Positions 25,044 to 37,849 of a stretch of 64,000 nucleotides of DNA are shown one piece after another. The notes under the pieces were generated by a model that was not told the DNA's origin, ran no database searches, and worked only from the letters and a program-made list of their open reading frames with translations. The stretch lies in contig CDRNST010000273.1 of the NCBI GenBank assembly GCA_977016875.1, positions 3,038,001 to 3,102,000 of the forward strand, read 5' to 3'. The translations under genes were made by a program, and so were the position numbers. The stretch is from Pavona decussata (taxonomy: Eukaryota). Position 1 is the first letter of the stretch, and each line of letters begins with the position of its first letter.

Positions 25044-26409
25044 ACCTGATAAACTCTAGCTTGAGAATTGAAGTATGTTCTCAATTTAAGGAAGACCAGT
25101 TAATAGGTATGGTTCGATTATTCGAGAGAAACCTGATGACGAGATGCCACAACAAGATGATCTGGCTGTTAGCGTTGAAACCCGCATGGTAAGTAGAAAC
25201 TCGTTTTTTTCTTCCTCATGTGAAAACCCACTTCTATGACGAAAATATTGTGACTATAGTTCCATTTTATAGAGAAAAAAAAGCCTTAATCCTTGTAGGT
25301 GACAGTAACTGCATTTTAACTGTGTATGCATGACGTATTGGTGTTGGTTGCTTGTTCTCCTGGAATGTTTCACTATTCAAGACTTTCGAAAGCAAATACT
25401 TAATTCGTATATCTCCTTCACATGCATGTGACTTGGTCTCTGAAATTTGTAGGCCTTTATTTTTAGAGCTGTTTATGAATGCTTGTTTGCATGCAGACAT
25501 GTCACTGAAAGAATACTTGCAGAAGTAAGTCTGGAAGGACAAGAGGTTGTGTTTGCCGTGACAATGGTTTGCCCTGTTCTGCGAACTGTGATTGTGGTCC
25601 AGAAGGAAAACCTTGTTTGAACAGAAAAGAGATCTCTTCCAATGCTCCAGCAGCTGTTGCTCGACTTCTTAGCAATGCTTTTGACAGACATCAAGCTGCA
25701 GCATCCAAGTCTAGAAAGAAATTGGGGTAAGAAATGCTGCCGAAACAATGTTCATGATTGCTATGAATAACAATGTTTCTCAACCTCAAATTTCTTCGCG
25801 AATTGCCAACAGTGGATAAATTTCGCTGCAACTGGTCCCAAGGTTGTAATTCTTCCATTGTGTTTAATCATTGCTTCAATCGTAAGCAGTGCATGTACGC
25901 AGTATGTATTATGCTTTCCTCAGTAGTAGAAGTAACACTATAAAACTATGAAATACTTACTATTTTTTCAAGTGTATTGTTTTGTTTACTTTTTGAAGAG
26001 TCTTTTTTCTTCCGTCGTGTATTTGATTTTGGTTTGTTTTGTTTTTCTCTCATACCGAGAACGTATAATACTGCTTCTGTATTCAAAATGGAAAGGTATA
26101 TTTTTGGCCTATCAAAGTTTGTAGGGTGTTTTGGTACCACCAAAGGTAACACTTGGGGTCTTCAACTGGTAAATGAATCTTCACACTGAAACTCAGTTCG
26201 CTCAGTATGCTACATGTACTGTATGTTGAATCTTGAAGCAGGTGGCATGATCAAAAATGGGTTTTTCAATTGTAGAGTTTCTTGCTTTGCTTGCAAAACC
26301 TCGGCCACAAAATACCGGTTGCTGATTCCCTTCAATAGTTTAGACCCCACAATCATCCCCTCACTCGGAAAAGATAAACATTAATTTGTTTTGATTATTT
26401 TTAAAGGCC

Positions 26410-26906
26410 TTCATCAGAACGATCACCCCAGAGGAAAAGGATCTTGCTTGTTTGCTTCTTGAGTTGCTTAGCAATGGACGAGGCAGTTTGGATTATGCAA
26501 AGAATTTGATTGCGGTAGATACAGGTCACCCCAACCCTGAAGGTGCACCCGAGAGTGAACCACCAGAGTGGTGTGTCTGTGGGGTATGCAGACTTATGCC
26601 AACACCAGAAGAAAAGAAATGTTGTGGAAAACGCACATGTGTGTCCTCTTATGAACTGTTTCAGAACATTTGTATGACAGGGGAGTGTTAACAATTGCAA
26701 TACGTCCAAGATGTGACATAAGGGTAGAGGAACCCGGTTACGCATCTAATAGCTTTTGAAAAGCTGCATACCGCCAGTTTGTTTCGTGGCGTTTTGGTAA
26801 ACTGGGTCGGGGAAACAGAAAATTTTGCCCAGCTTGCACAGTTAGGATTGTAAGGGAAGCATAGTCAGCTTTAGATGGACAGTATTTAGGATTTAGAAGA
26901 TCGTAG
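26410..26906 (+). pseudogene. Kolobok accessory KolX protein (P2X7 C-terminal Cys-rich / nanor-like domain)
   Basis: WCVCGVCRLMPTPEEKKCC...F*KAAYRQFVSWRFGKLGRGNRKILPACTVRIVR...GQYLGF. Confidence 0.85.
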
Positions 26907-26911
26907 TATTG

Positions 26912-27150
26912 TTTAAGGACAGTGCCTACTAATACAGAAGTATTTTTGTGCGGTTTATGACTATGCGGGAAAAGCAGATTTTACCAAAAAAATTGGGGGT
27001 AACCACGCTTAAGGAACTAGAATTCAAAACAGTAGTAAAATACAAAGCAATGTATGGAGTTAAGTTTTTTTATATTGAAGCTTTATTATCCCTTAAAAAT
27101 GCATGGTTACCAGCAATTTTCTTTTTGGATACCAAGAGCACTAGCTAAGT
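26912..27150 (+). mobile_element. 5' part of a TTAA-GG-ended non-autonomous DNA element
   Basis: TTAAGGACAGTGCCTACTAAT start directly after the KolX stop. The matching end is not found. Confidence 0.45.
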
Positions 27151-27904
27151 TGTGCTACAATGTATATATGTACTACTGACTATAAGGTAAAGTGTACCTT
27201 TCATTTGCTACATTGCTTGCTACAACAGGAGACAAGAAAAGGCTAGTCACTGCTGCCATTTCAGCTTTTGCTGGTGTTGAATGGATAGGAGATCTCCTTT
27301 TTGAAACGCGGTATTGAAAATAGCTGATATACCCAAGACTCCGCACTCGAAATAATCACCAACAATACTATTATCATTGTAAATAAATCAAACAAAGGAA
27401 AAGCAACGCTAACTCTACTTTCAACGCAAAACAAACTACTTACTGTTCGCTGCAGTTCTGTTCTTCTTGACCTTTGCTCCATCATCCATCCTCACGCTTT
27501 CTTGTTCAAATTGCTTACGTTGGACCAAACTATGTAAAAGAAACTCCGCAAATTCGCTATCGGTGTTCCCTGAAAACCAAGATCAATCTTCTCCTGGATC
27601 CAGAGATGGAAAGTGATCTCTCGCAACAGAATCGTCGTGTTTTTTTCATTCCTTGGCGGCCTACCACGTTTTGACGAAGATCGCGACATTTGGCCCGACG
27701 TATGACCACAACAGCCTGGCCGCTTCTTCTTGATGTCATACCCTCCAACAAATTTCCGCAAACTGACAACAGGAATCTCAAATCGTGGCAGTGGTGTATT
27801 TTTCTGCTGTAAAGTTTTTTTATTGTGGACTGAAAATGCTGTGTTCGGCTCCAGACTGCAATAACAGATCCAAAAGAGAACAGAAAAGAAAGAGTTGTCT
27901 CTTT

Positions 27905-28075
27905 TCATGATTTGCCAGTAAGTGGCTCGACCAGTTACGTCATGACAAAAGATTCGAGCTGCCAAAGGATCTTGCAAATGTGTATGTGCGTAATGAGCAT
28001 TTTACAGAAGACTGGTTTAAAAATTCTTACAAATTTGAGCTGATTGGTGGAACCTCTCTAGCAGATCTCTCAAAA
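27905..28075 (+). pseudogene. THAP-domain fragment
   Basis: ASKWLDQLRHD...NVYVRNEHFTEDWF, a degenerate W...VCSxHF THAP signature. Confidence 0.55.
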
Positions 28076-28118
28076 AAGAAAAGTGGAAGTCCACTATCGC
28101 GATTCTAACACAGCTCAG

Positions 28119-30985
28119 TAAAAGTGCACTTAGCCCCCAATTTTTTTTCGCTAAAAAAAATTTGCATATTATGTGGAGTGAATAGCTGAAAAAATTTTTT
28201 GATTTGCTTGAATTATTGTTCTTCTGCCGCTGGTCGAAATACAGAAAATTCAATAAAAATGGGGCCATATTGGTTCACGTCCGCGTTTTAGGGGCATGGG
28301 ACTAGCAGTGTATAACGTCAAAACAAGAACACCCTGTAGTTCAGTTTCGGCATTTTCCCTTTGTTTACATGTGAGTTGAATGGAAAGTCCTTCAAAATCC
28401 CTTGCAAACTTAAAGAAAATGCCTACTAGGTGCGCCGCTGCTGGTTGTGGCAACGTTAGAAATCCTAAAGAGGGCATATCGATGCATTTTATACCACATT
28501 AGGGTGATGAACGTCCAGAACCGAAAAGAAGAAGGAAGAAACGGATCAACTTTAAGAAGCAGAAACTTGTGAAGTGGTAACCATTGAAGAGGTCAGTGTT
28601 ATGCTCAGTGCATTTCAAACCTGAAGACTTCAGGCGACAGTTTTGGAATGTGGATGGTGGCCAAGAGAGCGACATAATGAATTGATTGCTTAAAAAAGAC
28701 GACTTCGGCATCCGTGTCTTCCCAGCTATCCACGCTGTAAGTGGATCGAATGCAAACCAAAAGCCCTTGACAGATTGAGGGAAGAGGAAGGTGTGATTTA
28801 TCACCAGTTATTTTTGAGTTGCGTTGTATAGTTGATATAATTCATACTCTTCTATCCTATTGATCCTGTTGAATATTTGTTTCGTTTCGGTTCTCAAAGA
28901 GGCAATGTCAAGTTTTGATAATAGTGCGCAACATCCCTCCTGATTGGGAATCAAAACCAAAAGTTGCGAAAGTGCAACCAGTAGTTGAGGCTGGTTGTAG
29001 TGATAGACAAAAGGAGTGTGCTGAGCCAGTATGTAGTTTCTCTTATCAACCACATGAGAGTGTCTTCAATACGGAAGAGGAAGAAGAGATAGAATGTGCC
29101 GGCTGTACTGCCCGCCAAACACAGAACGGGATCTTGAAGAACAAGATAGTATCTCTGCATGGACAGCTCGGCAAAAGGAAGGCAGAAAACCAGAAGTATC
29201 AAAAGAAAGCTATAAGCACGCACTGTGTGGTAATAATAAAATGTTGAAGTGATTCGACTTTTTACCAAAGCTGTTAATAGAAATGAGGTGAATTGATAAA
29301 ACATATTTTCTTCCTTACTGCATCAACAATTTTTTGTATTTCCCTCTCTTTGGACATTTGGTGGAACACTTTATGTTCCATATTATCTCACCTTCCTTTT
29401 ATATATAACAAGATGTAAACTTTTCATTTTCGGTGATATAAGACCATGAAATGTTGTACAAAAGGTTGGATTTAGGGATTACTTGGCCAATGCGTGAAGC
29501 TTGATACCTTTGTTTACCAGTGTAAACAGACAAGACATGTATCCTTACACACAACTGTTTCATCCCAGGATTTTGCATTTCCCAAGTACTAAATCTGTTT
29601 GAAAATTCTCATGGCTTACCTCCTTCAAGCACACGCACAGTAAATACAAATTGGTGCAGGTAAGCATGTTTTCCTGGAATCCATCAACTCAGGCTTATGT
29701 GTTTACTTATTTTTTAAGTTAAAGCCCATGAAGCAAAAACCAGTAAGGACACGACCCCAGCTGAGGACCATGAGGCCATGGAAAGATATGACAGCGAGTC
29801 TGATGCTGAGGGAGGACAAGAGCAGATAGAGGAGGAAGAGGACGAGGAGGATGGATCAGGCTCACACTATCAAACATAAACAGAGAGACGGAAACGACCG
29901 AAACAGAAACAGATGACTATGATGCTTGTAAATCTAAACGTTAAGTGCAAGTTTTACCTTAGGGTGTGATCGACTGACCCTTTTCCTGAGGGGATCATAC
30001 GCAAGGATGTTTTATTTTCAATTCACTACTTTTTACTGTGTCTTTTTTGCAGAATTAGCTTTTTCCAACCATCTACCTGTACTGGCAGAAGTACCAAAGT
30101 AGCATGCTCGCCAAGTTTAAGTCTGCCCAGGGTGGCATTACTATTACAGGAGATAGGCACCATGAAAGTATGGGGCATAGTGCAAAATTTGGGACCTACA
30201 CAATCTTCTGCTGCAGCATCCCTATGATAGTACATTTTGCCTTGGTTCAGGTTGGTTGGTTTTGTAAATTTTCCCTTCACTCAGGGATTTCACAAACAGT
30301 TCGGGAAATACAGCTACCCCATATCATGTGCCTTAGGAAGGACCCCTTGTAAAATGTGAAGGCTGTTACAGTGTCAGCCCTACTGTACAGTGTGCACAAA
30401 TGGATGCATGTATTCTTTGCACTGACTCAGTGAAGTGTGATAGATTATCCCATGGCCATTTCCACATCACATCAGACTGAGTTCTCTTTTGTATATTTCT
30501 GTCTTTTATTATTGTTAGAGGAGCCAAGAAGGAAGCAGTACTGGAATGGAGTTCATGGCCTTCAAACAGTGCATGGAGTATTTGATTGGTTGTGGACTTC
30601 TAATCACCACCTTTATTTCAGACAGGCATGTCTCCATACCCAGTCATGTAGAAAGTACTCAACCACATTGTCCACTACTTTGATGTCTGGCATCTGACTT
30701 ACATACCCATTATTGCTTTGTATTTTTCATCCTTTTGTTAATGTCATGTGAATGTTACTGAGGAATCAATATCAATAAAAGTTCTTACCAGATTTCATTT
30801 TCATTTAGGAACTCTAGTCTATGAAAAACTGTACAAGGTGGTGACGGATAACACCTTGGTAAAAGGGATCAAGCAAGCTTCGCCCCTGGCATAGACAAGC
30901 TGTTTGGAGGGCTTCCATTCAGTCCTCAACTATTTTGCTCCTAAAATGATCGCTTATTCCTATGTTGGAATGTATTGCAAGTCAT
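28119..30985 (+). mobile_element. Kolobok transposon with THAP-DDE transposase pseudogene (spliced, internally deleted)
   Basis: THAP from ATG 28419 (MPTRCAAAGC...LCSVHF). Core motifs GDRHHESMGHSAKFGTY, MEFMAF, FISDRH, FDVWH and TSCLEGFHSVLNYFAPK. Confidence 0.85.
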
Positions 30986-31689
30986 TTTAGTTTAAGTGAA
31001 ACAATTTTATGTTTTGCCATATGTTAGTCCGGCACTTCACAACCTTCCTCTCGCTTGACCCATCTTAGCAGTATTTTTATCGTAATTATATTTGTAGACA
31101 CTCGTTTATAATTGTAGATATAGTTTTTACTCTTTTAGTCTTATTTATGTATATATTTATAATTCTTTGTCTTTAATGATATGTATTTTTGTTACCTACA
31201 CAATTTTAATTTGAGGGCCACTAGTTATTCAGTTGAAGTACTGTCTGGCGTTACCGTCTTTATATAAAGTTGATTTAGTTTAAATTTAATTTTATTGCAG
31301 GGGAAAGTTTTTTTATCAATGTTTACAGAACTTTCTAACGCCCTGTTTATATGTCGCATTAGAGACAAATTTAATGCAAACAAATTCAATTCCAGCAGTT
31401 TTCTTCGACAGTAAAGTGATGTATAAAACGAACTAGATTGTTCCTACTAAATGATATTCATTGAGACGTTTTCTTTGTGTGCCCCAGACGGACATAACTT
31501 CTGAAAGGCGTGTCACTTTTATACGTCGCTTTCCAGTCGCATCAAAGTAAATGCATACATTATTTTTCGATGACATAAATCATTCCACCGGCTAATTTTG
31601 AGCCCACACTCACTGTTTTCACGTGCATAGCATGCACACGGGGAGAACAGTTCCCGCGAAAATAGAAAACATGGTGACTGCTGCAGCCC

Positions 31690-31971
31690 TTTTTCAAAAA
31701 ACCTTGAATCAGACCTGTTGGTCATGCGAGGCTAAAGTGAAATACAGTTGTATTTCGTGTGACAGACCTGTATGTGTTCGTTTCAAATGTTCTGTGGCTG
31801 AACGGGATGAAGAGGTGGAAGGATGGGAGCCGGGAAAGGCTACCAGGTGGATGGCGAGAACTTGGGAGGAGGTGAAGCCAGAAGTTATAACTAGGTGTTT
31901 AAAGCACGTGGGGATGTATCCTGATGAAGTAGAAGCCATTGAGATTGACGATCCTTTTGCTGGTGAGGAGG
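31690..31971 (+). pseudogene. Cys-rich finger fused to a pogo/Tigger DDE_1 C-terminal fragment
   Basis: CWSC...CISCDRPVC...C followed by WMARTWEEVKPEVITRCLKHVGM, a typical Tigger/pogo tail. Confidence 0.5.
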
Positions 31972-34280
31972 AGCGACGTCCTCTCCGGTACTTAGGAGGA
32001 GCAACCTTCCCCAGTACCTATGGCAATACAAGAGCTGTACTGGCGTGGCATATTTTAACAGCCATCCTTGCACGACAATCATAGACCTCCTCTAAAAGGG
32101 CCGGTTGAGTTGGAGCTGGTCAAACCTATTACCATTGAGGATGTGACCAGAACATTCAAAGGGATGTCTGACGGGGCCCCTGGGGCCGAATCGCCAATCC
32201 CTTAGTGACTTGAAACGGCTAAGGCGGAGTGAAGTGGCGGCCCACTTTAATGTGTGGCTGCTGGCAGGTTATCCGCCTTCACCTTTCCCCCGCGGGGAGA
32301 CTGTCCTGATCGTCAGACAGCAGGGCACCACGTCACCTGAGAAACAACACCCGATTAAAATATCAGATACCATCTTGCATTGCTTCCATAAGATCCTCGC
32401 TTCCCGGTTAGAGGCAACTCTTCTGTGGAACACACGCCAAAAGGCGTTTATGAAAGGGGATGCAGACAATCATACGCCAACATCAGAGGACACTCCGACT
32501 GCTCAACATCGCCTTTCTTGACATTAAGAAGGCCTTTGACTCTGTGAGCTACGGGAGTCTCTTGCTCGTTGCTGGGAGGATGGGTGTACCACCCCCTTTG
32601 TTAGGCTATCTGGGCAAGCTCTACAGGGACGCCTGGACATGCCTATGCATTGGCCCTGATGGCAGTGAGCCTATCAGGGTGTTGTGGGGGGTGAGACGGG
32701 GCGATCCTCTCTGTCCACTGCCTCAACGCTACTATCGACTGGGCTCTGGACTGCCTTGATCCTGAGCTTCGAGTAATGGTTGGGGAGGCGAGAGTAAATG
32801 CCGGAGCATTCGCAGACGACATCACCTGCTCGACGACCTTGCTGCTGAGTTTCGGCTCAGTGGCTTGGAAGTTAGTGCGGGGCTGAATGGAAAGTCAGCC
32901 AGTCTGCGGATTGACATTGATGGCAAGAGGAAGATGTGGATTGTCAACCCACATCCCCATCTGCAGGTTTTCGGGCAACCAATTCCTGCAATAGGTGTCG
33001 CTGATACTCAGCGATATCTGCGGGTTCCTCTCTCTCCAATGAGAATGAGGGCGGACATCGCTGGCAAGCTTAACGAGGGGTTTGGGAACATATCCCGAAC
33101 CCCCCTTAAGCCCCAGCAGCGTCTGTTTGTCCTCACCAACAATCTCATTCCAGCCTTATACCACCAGTTGGTATTGACCTCGACTAGTAAGAAGTACTTG
33201 AATTGGCTAGACATGTCCGTTAGTGCGGCTGTACGATCCTGGTTAAAGTTGCCGAGTGATATTCCCAAGGCCTTCTTCCATGCTAAGATCTTTGATGGTG
33301 GTCTTGGTATCGTCCTTCTCGACCGTCGGGTCCCATTGATGAAGATCAAGTGCATTGACCGTCTCTGCGACAATTGACCCAGTGATTAGGGAGATGCTGT
33401 CAACGGACGGTGCCGAGTCCTTGCTGCCTAAGCAAAGGGAGCCCAGTCGTTACAGGGGGATGCAGATCACTAGCGGAGAAAGCCTTCTGGTTGCCCTCGT
33501 GGCTGATCTGCACTCCTCTGTTGACGGCAGGGGCTTGCGCAAAAGCGACCTTGTCCCAAACTAACATCAGGGGGTTGCTGATGCCACACAACTGCTGAGC
33601 GGCGCCAACTACATTGGCGCGGTGAAGGTGAGAGGCAACCTTTTTCCCACAGCAGTTCGTGCTGCCAGGGGTCGCACAGGTATAAGCGTCCTATGTGGCA
33701 CTTGCCTGCGAACTGGATCACTTGGGCACATCCTACAAGTTTGTCCGAGAACTCTCGGCTCGAGAGTCTCCAGACACGATAGGATTGTCTCCCAGACTGT
33801 GGGTAAAGCCGGGTGGTCTTGTATCAGAGAGCCTGCCATTCCAACTACGGCAGGCCTGCGTAGACCGGGCCTAATCTTCAATCATCCATCTAGGTCCACC
33901 CTCGTGCTGGATGTGAAGATTATTGCGGACAATGCAGTACTTCATGAGGTGCACGAGCGTAAAGTCCAGAATTATGATGTCCCGGACATCAGAAGCTGGG
34001 TTGCGCGTAACATCTCTGACAATACGGTTCTGTTTTCCAGTGTGACGCTCGGTTGGAGGGGGCTGATGGCCCATGCATCAGCCGAGACCTTGTGCTCGCG
34101 ACTGGGTCTAGGGCGGCACCTCTTAACTCTCCTCTCAGCTGTCACCTGCAAGAGGAGCCTGTGGATTTGGCAACATTTCCACAGAAGCAATTTCTCGCTC
34201 CGTGGATGACGGGGACACACGTGTCCTTATTTCCCGTTGTGCCTCTTCGTCAGAAACAGGGTTAAGCTTCCCTTTAAAAA
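31972..34280 (+). mobile_element. R2-clade non-LTR retrotransposon, 5'-truncated and frameshifted (RT + CCHC + restriction-like endonuclease)
   Basis: AFLDIKKAFDSVS, GVRRGDPL, AFADD, LKPQQRL, DGGLGI, SVDGRGL, CGTC..GSLGHILQVC, RHDRIV, EPAIPT..LRRPGLI, VLDVKI. Confidence 0.9.
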
Positions 34281-34689
34281 GGCAAGACATTTCATGTGAC
34301 ATTTCATTTCAGTTGTTCTGCTACGCATTGTAATCATCTGAATGAAAAATTAGAAGTTTTTAATCTCTGTGGATGCATGAACTATACCTTCGCAAACCCC
34401 TTTTACCACAGGCAATAACTAAATATTATCTATAATACTATACTATACAACAATATTAACAACTCATTTACATATCCAAACTTTTATGCTAAAAAGCTCT
34501 CGTAAACGACCAACCTCTATTGTTTTAGGGCATGGTCGCTTATGAGAGCCCATTCTTGTAAGCGACCAGCTCTGGTTATGATCACTTTTTTTGAATTCCT
34601 GAGGTGGTTGCTCCAAACACCAAGTGAAACAGATGCAAAAGCAACGGAACTAAACAAGCTTAAAGACTAGAATCGATGACAGCTATCCA

Positions 34690-35720
34690 GACAGCAAGTT
34701 TTATGTCAAAGGTTTCAAGTTGTATTGACAAGATACAATGTAGAACCAATTTCGGAGGTCGTCTCATAATTTTGCAAGGTCTGACCTTCTCACAAAACAC
34801 GTTAAAAATGCCAAAACAACTGGTTCAGAATCAATTACCATCAAGGTCAGGCCCAAAAGGATCTCACCTAGATTGATCTTGGCTGGTCTATACAGACCAC
34901 CAAAAATAACAAAAGAAATCTGGCATCCAAACTAGAATGACTTATGGAATCGATTAGCAAGCTTTCTGATTATTACACACTACTTGGAGACTTATATTGT
35001 AACCTTCTGAAACCCGACAGAGCCCAAATTGGGAAGACATTTATCAAACCTGTTTTGATTGCCTTCCTTACAACCTACTACTTGAAAAACTTTCAGCATA
35101 CGTTGTTAGCCTAGAGTTACAAATAAACTATTTGAAGAACAGAATACAATGTGTTAGGGTCAGCAACACTAGCTCATGCACTGGGAAGCTAACGTCAGGT
35201 GTCCCACAAGGATGTGTACTTGGCCCGCACCTATTCACCATTTTCATAAATGATCTGTACTAAAACATCAAGAAAGCTAAAATATTGGCTAATGCAGATG
35301 ATAAACAACTTCATTTCAGTAACGCGAACGTTAGAAATGTACAGAGGACCCTAAATTCTAAACTAGCTGTGGTTTTGAGTTGGATCATGGACAGTGGCCT
35401 TCTTCTAAATGCTAAGAAGTGTGAATTTTTAATCTACAGAAGAACTAATCCCCAAAAAAACCAAACAGAGGAAGATAAAATTAATTTCTCGGTCGATGGA
35501 ACATCTATAGAGCCTTTAACCACCTGCAAACTAGAGCAACCCCAGAGCTCGACTGGGGGAGCACATAGATGAGCAGCTGAATTTCAACAACCATGTAGCT
35601 TCAATATGCGAGAAGATCAGTGAGCAGGTCGCAGTCATAAGTCGCTTCAGAAAGTTATAAAGCATCCAAACCAAACTCATGCTATATAAGGCTTATAATC
35701 TTCCTCATTTCACTTATCGT
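34690..35720 (+). mobile_element. CR1/L2-clade LINE remnants (APE + RT), heavily degraded
   Basis: LAGLYRPP, LGDLYCNLL, GVPQGCVLGPHLFTIFINDL, NADDKQL, LLLNAKKCEFL, IDEQLNFNNHV. Confidence 0.85.
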
Positions 35721-35959
35721 TAAACAGTGTGGATGCACTGCACAGAGGAGATGGGCGAAGTGCTCACTACAGTTGAAGAGAACAGAGAAGGTGAACTTGA
35801 CTCGGATGAAGACCAGTGCACTAGCAACTTGAGGAGACTACTTGAGCTATCTTCCCCAGGCTCCCTACTACACCAAATTGTCAGCATCTTACAAATGCAC
35901 GTCCTTGAAAAGGAAAAACAGATAGCGAGGAAACGGCAATTCCATGAACTCAGGTGAGA

Positions 35960-36175
35960 CAGCATAGAGGAAAGAACAGTTGCAGCGCAACTTCTTTCTG
36001 GGATTCGATTCCAAATAACAAGGTTATAACTTTTAGTTATGTGTCAGGGAAAGTTTCTGTGAAAGCAACAGGTGAGAAGCTGACAACAGTCAACGCTGAT
36101 AGGGACCTCTTCGGGAGGCTTCCCATCGCTGCAAATGCTCGACAGATTAACCTAAAGGAAGTTTTAGGTACGAAC
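35960..36175 (+). pseudogene. Academ transposase fragment
   Basis: SFWDSIPNNKVITF...VNADRDLFGRL...RQINLKEVL resembles a conserved block of Academ transposases. Confidence 0.6.
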
Positions 36176-37849
36176 TTTCCCCACCAGTGGTCCTTGAAGG
36201 GAATTTTTTGATCAAGTGTTTGCAAAGTTGCAGATGTTGACAACAGCTCTGGGTTTTGCCTATTGTTTGAGGGGCCACCTACTCAACTGCTTCCAGTGAA
36301 CAATGCCCAAATAGCCTTTCCTGGGCTTACAAAATGTGTTGAGTGGATGCGAGCCACAGTACAAATGTTAAGAATTTTTATTTGTTTTATTTACATTCGC
36401 ATGGACATTTTGGACGATTTTTTTCTTCTTTTTTTTTGTCTTTGTTATTTGGAGAAAATTTTGTCTATTCAAAATGGCCCAAGATGAGCCAAAAAATAAC
36501 GACAATACGCAAAAATTTATTAAGATTTAAGACCAGTAAAAAAATTTCCGAGAGAAACATAAGGCTGCACCGCTACTCGAATGGGTATCCATTGACACCT
36601 GTCATTCATTGATATCCATTTATATCCATGTGGAACTTTATTCAAGAAAAAAAAAAAGGAAAGAAAAAGAACAGCACTTCGATCTCCATGTGTTGGCATT
36701 AAGAATGGTGGGTAAATCGCGTCATTTTAAATGTTGAAGCGGAACAAATCTATTCAGTCAACATTTGCAAGACAGAACAGAATGCAAATTAGTGTGCATC
36801 CTGTAAAAAGTAAAAATGCGCAGAAACGATGTGCAGGCAACTACCGAGTGCCCATATTGAACAATTCACAAGACCTGGATAAAAAGAACCTTTTTCTTTT
36901 GTCCGCGACTTCAGTGCATTAGCAAACTTCCTAGGTATTCATTTATTGTTCCTTATTGGAATGACACTGACAATTAGTCCTGACGTGGCAATTAATGAAA
37001 AACTGAAATACGATCTCAGTTAAGTGTCGTTATTTTATGGTTGTTTGTACAAAAAATCTTTCTTTTTTATTGCGCTTTTCAATAACATACGAACTCTGAA
37101 GTTCAAAACCCAACTAAGGGCTGCGTTTTTCACTGCCGTCAATCACCGTAAATGTGGCAACAGCCAACAAACCTTAAAAAACAGAAACAAACAAAATGGA
37201 TCGAAATCTATCAATCACAACTGACAGACATGACCTTTTGACCTGGCTGAAATGAACTTCTGTTTCCTAAGAGGTGTGCTTAGATGATGAGGTTTGAATT
37301 TGAGAGTTCGCATGTCATTGAAAAACTGCAATAAGATTCAAATGTGCTCATTTTTGATATTCATAATGTTTACATACACTTTTCCTTTAAAAATACCCAA
37401 CTGACGGTTTTCAGTGCATTAGCTATTTGATTGTTTTAAGGTGGATGGTACTTCTTTTCCGCGCATGGGGAGTTTGGTCACGAGCGTTTTACTTCATTAT
37501 GCGCAAGATTTAAAGTGCGGCAAAACTAAAACAAAGATGGCCGCGGTCGGCTTACTCGTGTTTTGTCCTGTTTGAAGAGAAATTCTGCTTTATCTGCCGT
37601 TTTATCAAGTAGAAGCGTGTTATATAGTTTTACATCTGTAAACCAAATTTTTCTGAAGCTCAATCTTGCGTTTTGAATTCAAAATTCCCTTCTGTGTTGC
37701 AATCGATCTTTACCGCAGATCGCAAGGAAACAATTTTGCGAAGAAACTTTAACACCTCTGACAGCAGAAAAACAAACCTCAATTTGCCTCGCTGTAGTTA
37801 TTTGGCGGGAGTCTTCGGCCTCTGCATCTTCTTCCATCTGCTCCTAGTA

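Noticed and set aside
26410-26906. P2X7 receptor gene
   Set aside because: Only the Cys-rich tail is present, with stops, among Kolobok fragments.
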